Source: Octopus vulgaris (lineage: Eukaryota). From it: a stretch of 64,000 nt of DNA. The notes under the pieces are model-generated. The model saw nothing but the letters and a program-made list of their open reading frames with translations. It had not been told where the DNA came from and did no database searches. Within the stretch, counting starts at the first letter, position 1; the number at the start of each line of letters is the position of its first letter. A program made the translations under genes and the position numbers. Below, one piece after another: positions 36,845 to 51,533 of the stretch. The DNA lies in NCBI GenBank assembly GCA_951406725.2, contig OX597824.1:1240001-1304000 (forward strand), written 5' to 3'.

Positions 36845-37400
36845 ATCCTATAATCGGGAATGACAAATGAGGGTCCAGTAAAAGAAAACGGTAATTATGT
36901 TCTATGGGCACTGATGTGTTTCTTGAGGCCTTCCGGTGCTTTGCAAGCCTTTTGCCAAATGCAACAAGGTCAGGACTCAATTTGCTCGAGCAGTCGTCGG
37001 TCATTTACTAAGTGTTTTGATAAGTGGGTGGTAAAGCCTGCTTTGCGCCGGGTCACAAAGCACAATGACAGGTGAGGCTTTCATGTAGGGGAGCGGCGTT
37101 TTGCTAGTGTGCCTTCATGTTTGCACGAAGCTGGTCTCGATGCCGGAGTCGACTTTACACAAATCTTTGAACCGAGAAGCAGGACTGGTCCCAGCTCCTG
37201 CGTTCTGATGCTTTGTTTTCTCAGGAAGAGATGAGTATGTTGCATCACTTCAGACTGTCTTTTAGTTTGTCTTTGAAGCGCAGGAGTGGCCTTCCAGCTG
37301 ACCTTCCTTCTGGGAATTGGCCAAAGAGAAGTTACTTCAGAATTGTGATATCATTCATATATGAGTGATGACCTGATAGTCTAAGCTAAATTTGGACTTT
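36845..37400 (-). mobile_element. Degenerate RTE-like LINE 3' end with C2H2 fingers
   Basis: The minus strand encodes GRPLLRFKDKLK-like and CICQKACKAPEGLKKHISAH-like segments. The 3' end abuts (TG)n/(AG)n. Confidence 0.65.
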
Positions 37401-37918
37401 TATACCTGTAATTATTGGGCTCTGGGATTCGAAACCGAATCCCTTGATATCACAATCAAATCACCATAGTATCACGTGGTCGGTATTACCCAACCAATCA
37501 GCATGAAGTGATAGTGTGGAACGGTTTCTCGAACATTCTAGAATTTAACTTCCTATCATCTATAAAAGCCATTCTGCCCGAAACGAAAATTTGAAAGTAT
37601 CTATAGAGCAGAAAAATATATTTTCTTAATCTTGTACTCGATAGCTTTAAGAATACGAAACGTACACAACAAACCACCACCACCACCACCACCACCACCA
37701 CCACCACCACCACCACCACCACCACCACCACCACCACCATCAACATCACCACCAGTAGTAACAACAACAGCAACAACAACAACAATAACAGCAACAACCG
37801 CAAGATGAGCAGTACTAATATAGGTTACATGATGACTTTCTGTTCATTTTAAATTTTGAAATTTTAAATGAAACTTCTTGGCAAAACTACATCCATCCAT
37901 CCATACATACAAACGTAG

Positions 37919-37970
<52 letters not shown>

Positions 37971-40915
37971 ACACATATCGGTTAAAATTTGGCACACGCC
38001 AGAGATATTTGCAGAGTGATGCCAAAATGAATTTGTTATATTTCATTGTTAAAACTGGGATAACATCTTTTGGAAAGATTCCAACACGAAGATAGTTTTC
38101 AATGAAAAAAATAATGTAAACACCAAAGAAAATAAAACAAAACAAGGAAGAGAAAAATCACCGTTTTTGTCATATTTTCCGACAAGAAATTATAAATTGA
38201 CATGATTTATTTCGTTATGGTTGTTTCTAAGAATTTTTGCAGTTTCGAGTACTTTTGAAGACAATAATATAGAATGGCCAATGCTAATTAAAAAGACAAT
38301 ATTAATATTTATAGTTTTTGTTTCCAGAGTTCCTCCCCAACCCATCTAAATAATTGTTTCAAATTTTGACACAAAACCAGCAATTTCACGGGATGGGGGT
38401 GGGGGGGAATCAGTTAATTACCCCCCCCCCTCCAGTGCTCAGATGGCACCTATTTTGTCGATCCCGAAAGGAATGAAAGTGAAAGCCACATTCAGCAGAA
38501 TTTAAACTTAGAACGTAAATAGTCAGAAGAGAAACCACTCCATGTTTCGTCCGACCTGCCGACAGGTTTACCAGATGGCTGTCCTTTCCCTAAAAATTCG
38601 TATTGATAAACCTGCATCCCTTTGAGTAGTGTCATAGTGTCATAGAAGGCGGAAAGAAATCTGTGAATGAAGATAGTATCAGAGATCGACGTTGTAGTAA
38701 AAGACCGGTCACTTGAGTTGTCTTCGGTTGCTGACCATATTTTGAGAGCGGAACCTGAGGCAGCTAACTTCCGGCCATCTTTCTCATAGATTTCAATATA
38801 ATGACCAACAACAACTCAAGAGTCATTCTTTGCTTTTCCTATTTCTTAAAAGCCACGGAAAATCTCATTGAAAGGCAGACCAGTCATCAATCGGTTGGGC
38901 AATTCTACACCAATATCTGTTGACTTCGACTAATTCATCGTATTAGCTACCTCGTACGAGAAATAGCGACCAATTTGCCTTAAATGTGACCCTTTTATCT
39001 TCTACAAGGAATAGAAACAAGTGGAATATATATTCGTTAGGGTTGAACCGAATTCCTGACCTATTCTGATATCAATTTCTTGTTCTTCGTGCTTTTACCT
39101 TGTACAAGGTACTCACTATGTCCCAACTTGACTCCAGTGTACAGGATACACTCTATGTCTAAGCTATATCTTGACTCGATTTTGCTGTAAAGGCTACTCA
39201 CTCTGTTTCAACTTCCTCTCAATGGTTTGCAATGGTACATATAATTGATTTTTCTCTACTACTTGACTCTCCCATTTCAATATTAACAACGAAAAGCTTT
39301 CGTTTGCTCTTAGTTAAAGTCTCCCGAGGTTATTATTCAAACTTCCTCTGCTATTCTCCCAAACTCTCAAAACTCTTCCAGCAACCCGCTAAGGGTCAAT
39401 ATCGCAATTCACTTCTCTTTGACATCAGTCTACGTATTCAGCGCATCCAATCCCTCTCGTTTCTCTCGCTGAAAGTGCTGCTATAGAAACTAAATACTTC
39501 GTTCTTATTGATAACTGTCTGCGTCAATTTCGCCGCTTTCTTAAATCTTGACCGCTTAATCTCCAAAGAGATAAATACATATTAAGCTGAGGAAAAAGTT
39601 CGTGCACCGTGTTAAATTAATGCCTTTTTATATATTTTTGTGGTGTGTGCGTTCATTCAGTTCCTTATTTTAATGCAGTGCACGGAGGTTTTCCTCGACC
39701 TAGTAAATAAATAAAGAAACAAACACGTCTTAAGCAGTCTCGTCTGTTGAGATCTAATATTCAAGAAAAAAAAATAGCAATCCCTTTTGTTTCTTCCCTC
39801 TTCAAATCCTTTCAGAAACCTTATACACATAATATAAAATTAAAATAATCAATGTCCTCATTATGAAGATTTCGGAGAGTGATCGATACAGGGCATATGA
39901 TATACAACTTGGCTTTCGGGCCTTGTGCCTTAGAAAAGAATATAGAATCTTGCTACGCAGCTATTAGAAAGAGATCAATAAAAAATTATAAGATATAAGA
40001 GTGACATGGGAGTAACCAATACATAGGATATTAATATATAATCTTGGAAACAAAACAGAGGGAGAGATCATTGCAAAGCGTATATATATAATATTGGGAT
40101 GACGATAAGGGACGGTCTATACAGATTATAAAATATATCATTTTGATTTAAAGATATTACAATGTGATATCAGAGTTGGATCAATACAGATTACGATAAA
40201 TAGATATTTTCAGCAAGTTTTTCGTTCGATTGAATAGAATACATCTGTTTTCTAAACATTGATAGACATTGTTAATACGAAAAAAACAAAATAAAAAACA
40301 ACTGTTCCTTCGAAATGATAACAATATTATAGAATATTGTGCGATAAGGAGTTGGGGAGCCCAAAATTACACACCAGGTGGGTTCCTGTAGCAGTCGCAT
40401 GTTGTGCACGAAAATATCAATTTATATCCAAACAGGAGTACTTGGTTTCAATGCTTGGAATAGGGTGAGACCAACGGACGGCACCCAATAACCAGGTAAC
40501 TCTAAAACGAGTAATTTCAATTTTATTATTCAAGAACTGTTATAGCTGAAAGCAGCTTCCTTACAGTTTCCAGTCATCTAATTTTTCCCACAAGGCTTGG
40601 ATCGACTCGTAGTGGTAGTAGAAGATACGTGATCAAATGACTGCGAAACACGAACGAACTTAAAACCGAAACCCACACGATTGCGGACAATTTCTCTTTA
40701 CTATAAGACTAGACACGAACTTATTGGATCCTAAAATTGCAGAGGAAAATCTCAGAAGTAAACGAAAATTTCAACATAAATTGTAGAAGAGGATATAAAA
40801 TCTTGTTTGACACAAAATTCGATTTCAGCAGTGAATAGAGAGTAAGTAACACGGCCCCTGTTTCTATTTTCTCCATAACAATGACATTAAGAATTCTAAA
40901 TTTGGCAAAGAGAAC

Positions 40916-40961
<46 letters not shown>

Positions 40962-41932
40962 AATCTTTTCTGTCTCTGAGTAAATGGATATCTGTCTCCC
41001 TAAGGAGCAAAGTTACTCATTCCATATATTAGCGTCTACTCTTTCTTTTTCCTGTATGTGAGACTGTATCAGATGGCAAGCTTCGCTCTACATTTCCATT
41101 TCTAACAGCATCGCTGAATAATGATATTTTACTATACAGATGATAAATACGTTAAAGAAGAAGAAGAAGAAGAAGAAGAAGAAGAAGAAGAAGAAGAAGA
41201 AGAAGAAGAAGAAGAAGAAGAAGAAGAAGAAGGAAAGAAAGAAAGAAAATCTCAGTGAAATCTGACCCTGTTATTCTAAAGAAGTTGACAAATGATGATA
41301 AATGACCTCCCTGATATAGAACCCGGATGTTATTTTAGATTTTGCAGATGTTAACATTGACATCTCTGTCAATCGATTAGAACACAATATTAAATAGAAA
41401 TTCCAGCTTCCAATGTAATTTGCGTGAACGGAGATGGAGTCTATTTTTTTTCCCTTTATATCGAACCGTTAAACATATCAGAAACATAACTGAATAAATA
41501 AAGTAAAAAAAGAATAAACAAATAAAAAATGAAAATAAAAAAAACAAACAAATATTGCAGGTTGTACTAATGGTAATTTCTTTTATATAAAAGCAAAGTA
41601 AATACATAAAATACATAAAATAGACAAAAAAAACCCAATACATTTATATACAAGAAGCGAAATATTTATCCGAAAGGGGGAAAAAAAAGCAAAAATTATT
41701 ATACTGTGAATATGCGTGAGTGCACTTGATTGAATCGACAGAACAAATAGAGTGATATTCAAATGTCTTTATTTATTCGAGTGCTTTTTTCGTTCTGGGT
41801 TCGAATATTGAAGTGGTCGGGATTGTGAGCCGTGCATTCGGGGTAGCGATAAAAGGGTAACAGTGAGGGCTTCGAGTTTTATTCATTCGGATGCAATCTA
41901 CCGAAGTCTGAACCTTAGTCTTTCTGTTACAA

Positions 41933-41978
<46 letters not shown>

Positions 41979-42144
41979 GTATAGCCTTCCCTCAGTTTCT
42001 ACGCCAGATTGGTTCGTGAGTCCCCGTACAAATCAAAATCGCATAAAGCGAGGCAGATACAGTTTTAATGGTATTAAATAAGACATATAAACAAAATTGA
42101 AGCAATTATCTGCAGAAACAGAAATAGTACATATACCGTGTATA

Positions 42145-42219
<75 letters not shown>

Positions 42220-42220
42220 G

Positions 42221-42254
<34 letters not shown>

Positions 42255-42705
42255 TATACGTATACACGTATAGTTTACACATCCAGTAGAGGTAAAATCA
42301 CCATAAAATCTCCTCCATTCATTGAGAGCGAAATATCAATTTAATACAAAACCAAAAGAGCTGCCGATAGTTCGATGCTTTTATGATATTTGAACAAACA
42401 TATTTACAAAGGACGCCATGTATCTCGAAGCAATATTTCAAGCTCTGTTTATGCAGACTGAGTTGCTGTCTTGCGAACTTTGACACATTTTCTATATTTT
42501 GTTCCGAATCAGTTCTGTTTAACAATCTTTCTGCAATAAGTTTTCTTGATTTCGTTTCCTTTTTCTCGTTCCGTTTTTTTGCACCAACCTTCGTCACGTG
42601 TCTTCCACGTCTTTTTTCTTATTTTCTCATTGTCCAGCGTCCTTGTTTTTAAAATATATCATAGAAGCAGTAAACTTTTAGTAGCACTTTCGGCTGTGTA
42701 TTATA

Positions 42706-42769
<64 letters not shown>

Positions 42770-42848
42770 AGAATTTACAAAGAAAAAAAAAAAGACGAAA
42801 ACTGGTGTTGTAGACAACAAACAGATGTATTAGTGAGAAAGTGAGAAA

Positions 42849-42886
42849 GTCTTCTACGTTTCGAGCCTACGCTCTTCGACAGAGAC
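42849..42886 (-). ncRNA. Second copy of the variant hammerhead-like motif (CUGUCGA core)
   Basis: GTCT-CTGTCGA-A-GAGC-gtag-GCTC-GAAA-CG-TA-GAAGAC. The flanking repeat 42770-42950 is homologous to 26075-26250 and lies next to (TA)n. Confidence 0.5.
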
Positions 42887-43016
42887 GAACACAGAAATAA
42901 ACAGGGAGAAAAAATAGAAAGAGGTTTAGTGGCTAGCGATCTAGTAGATATTTCTAAATCTCTAAAATATATTTCTAAATCTCTCAGAGAGATTTATGCA
43001 GTAGCAGCACGGTAAA

Positions 43017-43219
43017 GTGACAGTATGTTGTCAACTTAATGTGACAGTCCCATGAAAGGGAAGAATGCTACTGTTATTTAGCTCTCGGAAAACATAAGGA
43101 CACAGGAGACACAGGGAATGTATCAAGTCCAACAGGAAACGGTGTTTCCTAGGGCTAAATAACAGTAGCATTCTTCCCTTTCATGGGGCTGTCACATTAA
43201 GTTGACAACATGCTATCAC
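43017..43219. repeat. ~75-bp inverted repeat; same family as 12474-12570, which lies next to the 12611 hammerhead motif
   Basis: Arms 43017-43091 / 43145-43219. TGTCAACTTAA-GTGACA and TTTAGCCCTAGGAA...CTGTGTCCTTAT are shared with 12474-12570. Confidence 0.8.
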
Positions 43220-45174
43220 CACATCTTTCTATCTCAACTTTTGAAAATCAGTGTAAACTGTGAAACCGGTTTTAAATATAATAAAGAATTTTACCTATTC
43301 CCAGTGCATATTCAACTTCTATGTTTTCTATATATGAATATATATAGGTATATAATTACACGAAAACACACTAACACACACACATGCACACACACACACA
43401 TACGTTTGTTTACTGTTAAGCTATAAATAAACATCATTCAACATTAAACTGCAGGATTACTCAATACTTTTTAGTAGAGGGCTTAGTTACCAATTTTTAT
43501 ACCGGAGAAGTTGACAGTGACTCCGAAGTTTTAGTTTACTCGCCGTGAGACGATGAATTATCGAAGTGATTTGTAATTGAAAATTGAAACTGATAATAAT
43601 AGCATTATTTTTTATTATTTGAAAGCAATTGGCTGACAAAGTCAATGAATTATTTTAAACACATGGGAACAATGAATCTATTTGAAATTACGATTCTTCT
43701 TAATGATGTTCATAATTGTAAAGTAAAATATTTTATGAATCCGGTTTAAAATAATGTGAAAAAATAATATAAGAAAACAAAAAATATTTAAGCATAAATC
43801 GTGTTAAAGTGAAACAGTGCAAAGTGAGTGTACATGGCGGGATGACTGTTGTCCTATGAGTATGAGAACAGTGTGTTGTCCGAAGCGTTTTCATCAGCGA
43901 ACTAAAAAAGCTTACAGTCTTTAGTTATCTCTACATAGTTTTTGATATATTTTTTTGTGAAGGATTAAGTTTATTAATAAACGTTCTGAGGTCGATTAAA
44001 TTAACATCGTCTTGTTGATTCTCTCAACCACATTGCATGTATTGTTTAGTTAAAAGAGAAGTAATATGAAGTTCATTTGTCCCCAAATAATATGCTTCTG
44101 AAGATATTCAGATGGATCGAAATATTCTTGTAAGAGAGTGGGCTTCTCTGCATCATGGAAGGATGCCGTTTAACCAATGACATTTGCCGGAATTATATGT
44201 AGCTTAAAGAAGTTCCATCTACGTTACAAGTTCTTTTAATCTCTAAAGCTCAAATACTGATTAAGGGCTTGATAGATGAAGAGAAAAAATTAGCAAAACA
44301 GAACCAGTAGTAATGAATATATGTTGAAGGATAGGACATCTTATACTTCATTCCATTAAACTTAAATTTACGTCACCAACGAATAAATGAAATAAAGTTG
44401 ACTTCTGACAAAATCCTTTTCTCCTTTGCAAACAACAACCAATGAAAGAAAAGTTAAATACTCTACAATTTCTAGTTTATTCCTTCTTTCTAATCATAAG
44501 GTGAACACCGAAAGGTATTCAGCAGAACCTTTACGATTCCATATAGGTTTCAGATTAATATTATTTATATATCATCATTTTCAATTCTTAAACACCAATA
44601 TATATATATATATATATATAAGAGAATTGAAAAAACACGCCGGAAAATACTGCTCTACTTGTACTTAGGATGTTTCTTTGTGTGAAGACTAAATGACCCC
44701 AAGTTCATTTGCATTGCTTAAATACTTTGCTATCACATCGTCTCTCAGTGGAATATATAATTGTAGCAGAGCTGTCAGAATGAAGTACCAAGTCTGAGTA
44801 CGGGTTGTGAGGTTTGAGAAAGAGGAAAAAAGGGGGGAAAATGGGCGTTGGGTGCAACATATGCGTTTTGACGTTGGCGGTGAGCAGATTGCTAGTTTAG
44901 AAGAGAAAACAATGTCTTATTAGTAGTAGAAATACGCATCCATCACTTATTGCCTTATTTCCCATGGATTAAGGGCTATGTTACTGCCTAGAAATGGAGG
45001 GCCTGTGAAAGTTGAAAAAGAGGCAAACTAATTAACGTGTTTAATAGAATTCAGATAGTTTCTGGCCATTTGTGCTTGTTCAGCACCATTGCGAAGAAAG
45101 AAAAGAACACAATGTGTTCTCGTTAATAGAGTTTGGAGTCAAAAAATGGTACTAATATCTTGGAGGACCAAGAA

Positions 45175-45750
45175 GGCGGTGAGATGGCAGAACCGTAAGC
45201 ACGCCGGGCGAAATGCGTAGCGTATTTCGTCTGCCGTTACGTTCTGAGTTCAAATTCCGCCGAGGTCGACTTTGCCTTTCATCCTTTCGGGGTCGATAAA
45301 TTATGTACCAGTTACGCACTGGGGTCGATATAATCGACTTAATCCGCTTGTTTGTCCTTGTTTGTCCCCTCTGTGTTTAGCCCCTTGTGGATAGTAAAGA
45401 AATAGGTATTTCGTCTGCCGCTACGTTCTGAGTTCAAATTCCGGCGAGGTCGACTTTGCCTTTCATCCTTTCGGGGTCGATAAATTAAGTACCAGTTACG
45501 AGCTGGGGTCGATATAATCGACTTAATCCGTCTGTCTGTCCTTGTTTGTCCTCTCTGTGTTTAGCCCCTTGTGGGTAGTAAAGAAATAAGTATTTCGTCC
45601 GTCTTTACGTTCTGAGTTCAAATTCCGCCGAGGTCAACTTTGTCTTTCATCCTTTCGGGTCGATGAAATATGTACCAGTTGAGTGCTGGGGGGCAATATA
45701 ATCTAGCCCTCCTCCCCCGAGCTTGCTGGCCTTGTGCTAAAATTTGAAAT
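45175..45750 (+). mobile_element. SINE family A head-to-tail trimer (~183-bp unit)
   Basis: One head, then the body restarts at TATTTCGTC near 45223, 45407 and 45591. Confidence 0.9.
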
Positions 45751-48700
45751 CAATATTTTGGAGGGTCACGTGTTTGTCAGTTTGGGAACTGCTGACTAAT
45801 TGGTCGTAGTGTATAAGGTTTTGCTATTCAGTCGGGTTGGTTTTTACTGTAATATTGAGTGTGAATCGATTCTATGTATCTGCCTGTTCTAAAGAACAGT
45901 GCATAACAGTTGAGCAACATTGTGATTCCTCAACTGAACAGGGTTGAATTATTTTGTTGTTCTGAAAAGAGAAAATATCTTGTCATAGTGATGCACGTTT
46001 CAAAATGTCGTCGATGTATGGCCGACGACAGAGACTATTAGTGATTGAGAAGTGTGTCATTTATTATTGGGGTCTTTAGCTATTCGTTGTTCATTTGTCA
46101 GGTGACGGTGGTAGTGAAGGGCAAAATGTTTTGCTTCTTATTGGGAGTGATGATTACATCTTGCAGAAAATACGTGAAATTCAATCGTAGTGTCATTAAT
46201 CATATTAAGAAGATTATGTGACTTGGTGATGAAAGAACGATGATTAAGGAGAAGTTGATGTGTTCAAGGACGTTGAGAAGAAGTTGCAAATTATCAGAAT
46301 ATACAAAGTCCAAATGATTAAATAGGAGGACGGAACTGTATTGTTTTTCAGTAAAATGAAACGTGAAATTCTATAATTTCGACTTGTTGCTATCTGTACG
46401 GCGCTGATGGAAAAACAAAAGCACATACGTCATACAAAACGACAACAACATGAACATGCACAACGAACATTTGTGAAATAGAATTATTCGGAAAATTAGA
46501 ATTTTTGTCAACGTAAAATTGATCTCTATTTTGAGAAAGAGAAATAGAAATAATTAACGTTTTACGTTTTTCAAATAATTAGCTGTTAAGAGGAAGTGGT
46601 TTGGCCCCATTTGGGCAGAGGTACGTTCCACAGTTTTCTGGAAAGGTGCATCTTATGTTACGAAACTCTGCAGAAAAGGTTACAAATATTGATGAATTCG
46701 ATCATATTTCAAGCAGATTTTTAAAGTTTCACAGGTGAGAGCTTATTTATATAATAAAACAAAATACATTTTAGGGGGATTGCAATGTGTTTGTACGAAG
46801 TACTCATAATAGTAACATTATTATTTTAATCTATAAAGTCATCATCACAATCATATTGTTAAGCACAATGTGGTTATAAGCAAACTATGTTAGTTTCTCA
46901 GAGTAATCATGTCTTTTAATTTAGAAAGGTATGCTCCACAAAACACTCCTTAGTTTCCCTGAAGATAATCTTATTTTTTTATGCCTACTTAATAGACAAT
47001 TCCTATTTGAAAACCACTTCCTTTCTACTATCCAGCAGGTAATTTATTGGTGGACAGAATCGGTAAGCCCGCTTTGAGCAACGGTTTAATATTGCTTTAG
47101 TAATCTGGGCAAAACCAAAATACCTCGTTCATTTTAGCTCCAGAACTTTCTGCCTGAATTATATAATTAAACTAACGTTCCCATATTATTATGTAAGCAA
47201 TAAAATGTAGAAAACGCAGAACATCACAGGGTGGTGAAAAATACTGTTATGTATTTGCTTCCAAATCCCTTAACGCAGGCTTTGATATCCTTTTCATCAT
47301 AAATACCCGTTTAATACTGTACATTTACTCGAAATTTCTATTTAAAACAATACATCATTTACAGCACAATTTGTAAGTCTTCAAACTTTCACTGACGGCT
47401 TACCGACGCAATATGAAGGGGAATTTGTTTGGAATCTCAAGACCGGTGCTGTTCTTCTTCACAGCTTAGAGAGAAAAGATGCAACACTTTTGATGCCTGG
47501 TTTCATATATTTCAAAGTCTATGAACAGGTAATTGTCAGCTTATTTAATACACAAAGGTTGAAAAGCTTGGCTTGGGCGATACAATTAGAGAGGAGCAAA
47601 TCTTTATCAAATACTTAATTCTTTAATTTCAAGCAATATTTATCAAATACTTGTTTCATTTTTATTTCATTTTCTCAGAAGACACCAGAGGTCAACACAA
47701 GAGGTCACCACTCTCAGTTTGGGTCCATCCTTTTGGGTTCATCAACGAAATTATACATTTACCGATCATCTTTTATCCTTCAAAACTTCCCAATATTTTA
47801 AAACGGTAAACGATTTTAAAATACAACATAATCTCAATTTGTAATACTTAAAACAACTAATTGAAAAACAAATAAAAGCAATAATTTTCCAATCGAAGAA
47901 ATAACCATAATATAACAATGGTTTATACATAGGATGTGAATAAGCATCAATTCCAGCTAAAAAAGAAAGAAAGAATGCAATTAGATAAATAAACTTAAAA
48001 ATACTAACAACTGAAATATCTCGATGAACCTTGAGGTTTTACGTTACCAATAACACGAATATTGCAACAAATAATTTTAGTAATTAAAACAAGAATTATT
48101 AAAGTTGATGCAAAAATAATTCCTGCATTTGACCTTAATCCTAATTCTTGTCACTCGTATAATACCAGTTAATATATTGCAAGGATGGATTTGTGTTGGT
48201 TTAATAGATTTATGCCATTATTTACCTGATGGAAGCTGGTTTCAGCACCAGTAAACCGTTGGTTCACTGGAATTATAACAAACCATCGGTTTTTATCTGA
48301 TTCATTAGACCGGGTAATTCTAGCTGACGAGACACATGCTGAGACACCGGTTTCCCAGGATCCCTTGCACTAATGAAACGAATGCCTTATGAACACATAT
48401 ACCCGATGAAGGAGGAGTTGTTCTCATCTGACGAACGCAACATCGTATTAGCGTATTTACGTTCGAATCTGCCGAAACGCGTTAAGAATAAATATGCTAC
48501 GTTACAATATTAAAGGTTATAAATGTTATTTACGTAATACTGAAGTTTTACTTCTTTTTACTACCACCATGTTGGATGGAGAGCTTTCTATCCACGATGA
48601 CGGCAACCCTGGCGTGAGTTTGCTGCCAGACCAGTCCCGTATCTTCTTTCACAATCAGCAACCAGCCTCACCCGCTACGCCTTCCTTCGAGCTTTTACTG

Positions 48701-51496
48701 GAGAGAAGCTATCACTGATCGCTTCACGACACGTGTAGCATTTGGCCGTACATCTGTCATCACAGGACGTCTTCATTCGTAATGTAATTTGTAGGTTTAA
48801 ATAAAATCTAAATTATGATATAAAGTTATATTATTTCAGTAATTTTAATAACTGAAAAACTAAAGGTTATTAATGCCGATTAGGCATGTAGGTATTTAAT
48901 TATTAGTTTATCAGTACATGTAAAACTTAACGACATTAAGTTCTAGTTTTGAGGGCGTATTTTCTATACATTCAGCGCTTGTAAACTTTATTTTGGGGTG
49001 GACAATTAGAATGGAAAAGGGGAATTTAATAAGTGATACACTTTTATAATTAGTTGAAGCTATGAAAAGAGAAGAAGGTATTTTAAGAGCAAATCTAATA
49101 AGTAAAAAGAGATAACTGTAATGAAAGGAATAAAACAAAAGAGACAATAATTTTATGGTAAATGAAAGAAAACAATTCTTTATAATTCAGTTGCGAGGTC
49201 AGATATTTGGAGAGAGGGGTAAGGCGATCAAACTGACATCAGTGTAGGAATGGAATTTTATCCACCGGATGGTACCCAAATGTGAACGGGGTGGGAGTGG
49301 GGGTGAATCGAGAACGTAGAGAGGCACATTGGTTCGATGCTCTAACGATTCTGCCAATCTACTTAAAGCGTTCCACATTTATAATTTCATCGAATGATCA
49401 AGCGTAGATCAAAATAGGTCTGTTTGAGCAACGCCAACAGCAACGTAGATCTACCAATATGATAGGAGGGGCCTGTAAAGTTTAATAAGTGACTTCTAAT
49501 ATAGAAACAAAACTGATCTAAGAGAAATAGCTCAGAGTGTGGCCAGTGGCATCTATATGTACAACACAAATACAGGTAAATACAGGTATATCAAATACCG
49601 TATAGCATAAATTCTTAAGTTATTAAAAAGCATCCTTGTCTCTGGAGGATATCGCATAATTACCAATTGACAATTGAGACCATCTCCACACGAGAGGAAT
49701 GAAAATTTCCAAAATTGACCTGCCATGATAGAAAAAGACAGGTGTGAGGAGATGCGAGAACAGTGATGAATATGTACTTCTACTCTAATAAGCGTCATCA
49801 GCACGGCAATGGTCCTACCTTATCTCCAGTAACCAAGAGAGTAGGTGTATACAAAAGAGTAGAACACATGTATGTTCCAGGAAACTTGCATAAGTTAAAC
49901 AATAATGCGGAAGAAATAATTTCGAGTGTCCCCAGTAACATGTGAATGTACGACATAGTCAAACATAGGTGTGTCAAATAATATCTTGAATTATTAACAT
50001 TATGTTAGCATGTAGAGGATGTGTGACAATGACGATTTGGGGAATCGAGACGGTCTCCACATGAGAAGGGGAAACAATCACAAGAATCGAGGAATTCTCC
50101 AAAGTCCAAATGCCATTAAGGCAAAGGTAAATACATACATACATACATACATACACACAATACATACATACATACATACATACACACAATACATACATAC
50201 ATACATACATACATACATACATACATACATACATACATACATACGTACATACATACGTACATACATACGTACATACATACGTACATACGTACATACGTAC
50301 ACACACATACACGTGGTGGATTTGTGTTTGCTTAAAGCCATCACATATTAAAAACCTAGAAAAATTTGAACACAGTCTTTCATACACACACACACACACA
50401 CACACACACATTTATGTGTCTGAGACAATGTGACATAATTGAGTTTAACGTCCCCATACCGAACAGTATTCATAATAAACATAATTGCAACACAAATATA
50501 ATTTTAAACAATAATAATTCCAATATTATCCGGATATTATTCATAACAAAACAGTTCCACAATTAAATAACTATAATAGATAGTAAATACAATTCTAGCA
50601 CTAAATAAATAAAATTTATAAGAAATATATTTTTAGCGTCAAAAGAGAACAACGATGTAAAATATAAAAAATAATGTAACATCATTGTTGGTAGTATATG
50701 AAGAAAAATATCAACAGCCACATAATTATTTGTAATTAGTGAAGTAAATAAAAAACTAACGAGGAGACAAAAGGCGAAGCAACTGATCATTGTTATAGCT
50801 TAAACAATTAAAAAACACAAAACATCAGAATTTTTTGTTTTCGAAATAAATGTAGATATTGTAGCTGTAAAACTAAGAATATTATTCTACTCTCATGGTT
50901 AATTTTAAATAATTAATTATGGTTTTAACACGCTGACGGTTGTGGGTGGAATCATTAGAATGTGGTGTCTTGTGAGAGATCCTTATGCTCTGCTTTCAGA
51001 TTCTTCGATTATTGATTTTTGTATTTCATCCTTTGTCATCGATAAGATAAATAAATGTCCAGTGCAGGATGTTGATATATTTCACATTCTTCCAAGCCAA
51101 TCTTGGCCACTATAATTCACTCCATACCGAAAACATTTTTCTTTTCGTCTAGGTTTGCATCAAAAACCTACACAGGTTATTAAAAAAGGTGAATCGAACC
51201 AACAACGGACCTCAAGGCATCATATAAATAACAGCAAAATGTTCCTCAAAGCATACCCTGTCATCTTAAATAAAGGAAATATTAGATAAGGAATTCTTAA
51301 ATAGATCTAATAAATCAGAGTGTTCCCAACTGGAAAGCTTTTGCTTAGAGGCCAGCTAGATGTCTTGGTTGACCAAGGGCTAAACAAAAATACCAGTAAT
51401 TTTAGGCGAATCAATATGGTTTAAAATGCCGTTTATGTTAGCTTTGAAAAACAATCGATGAACAATTTTTTTATATAACGAATCATTTTAAAGGTT

Positions 51497-51533
<37 letters not shown>

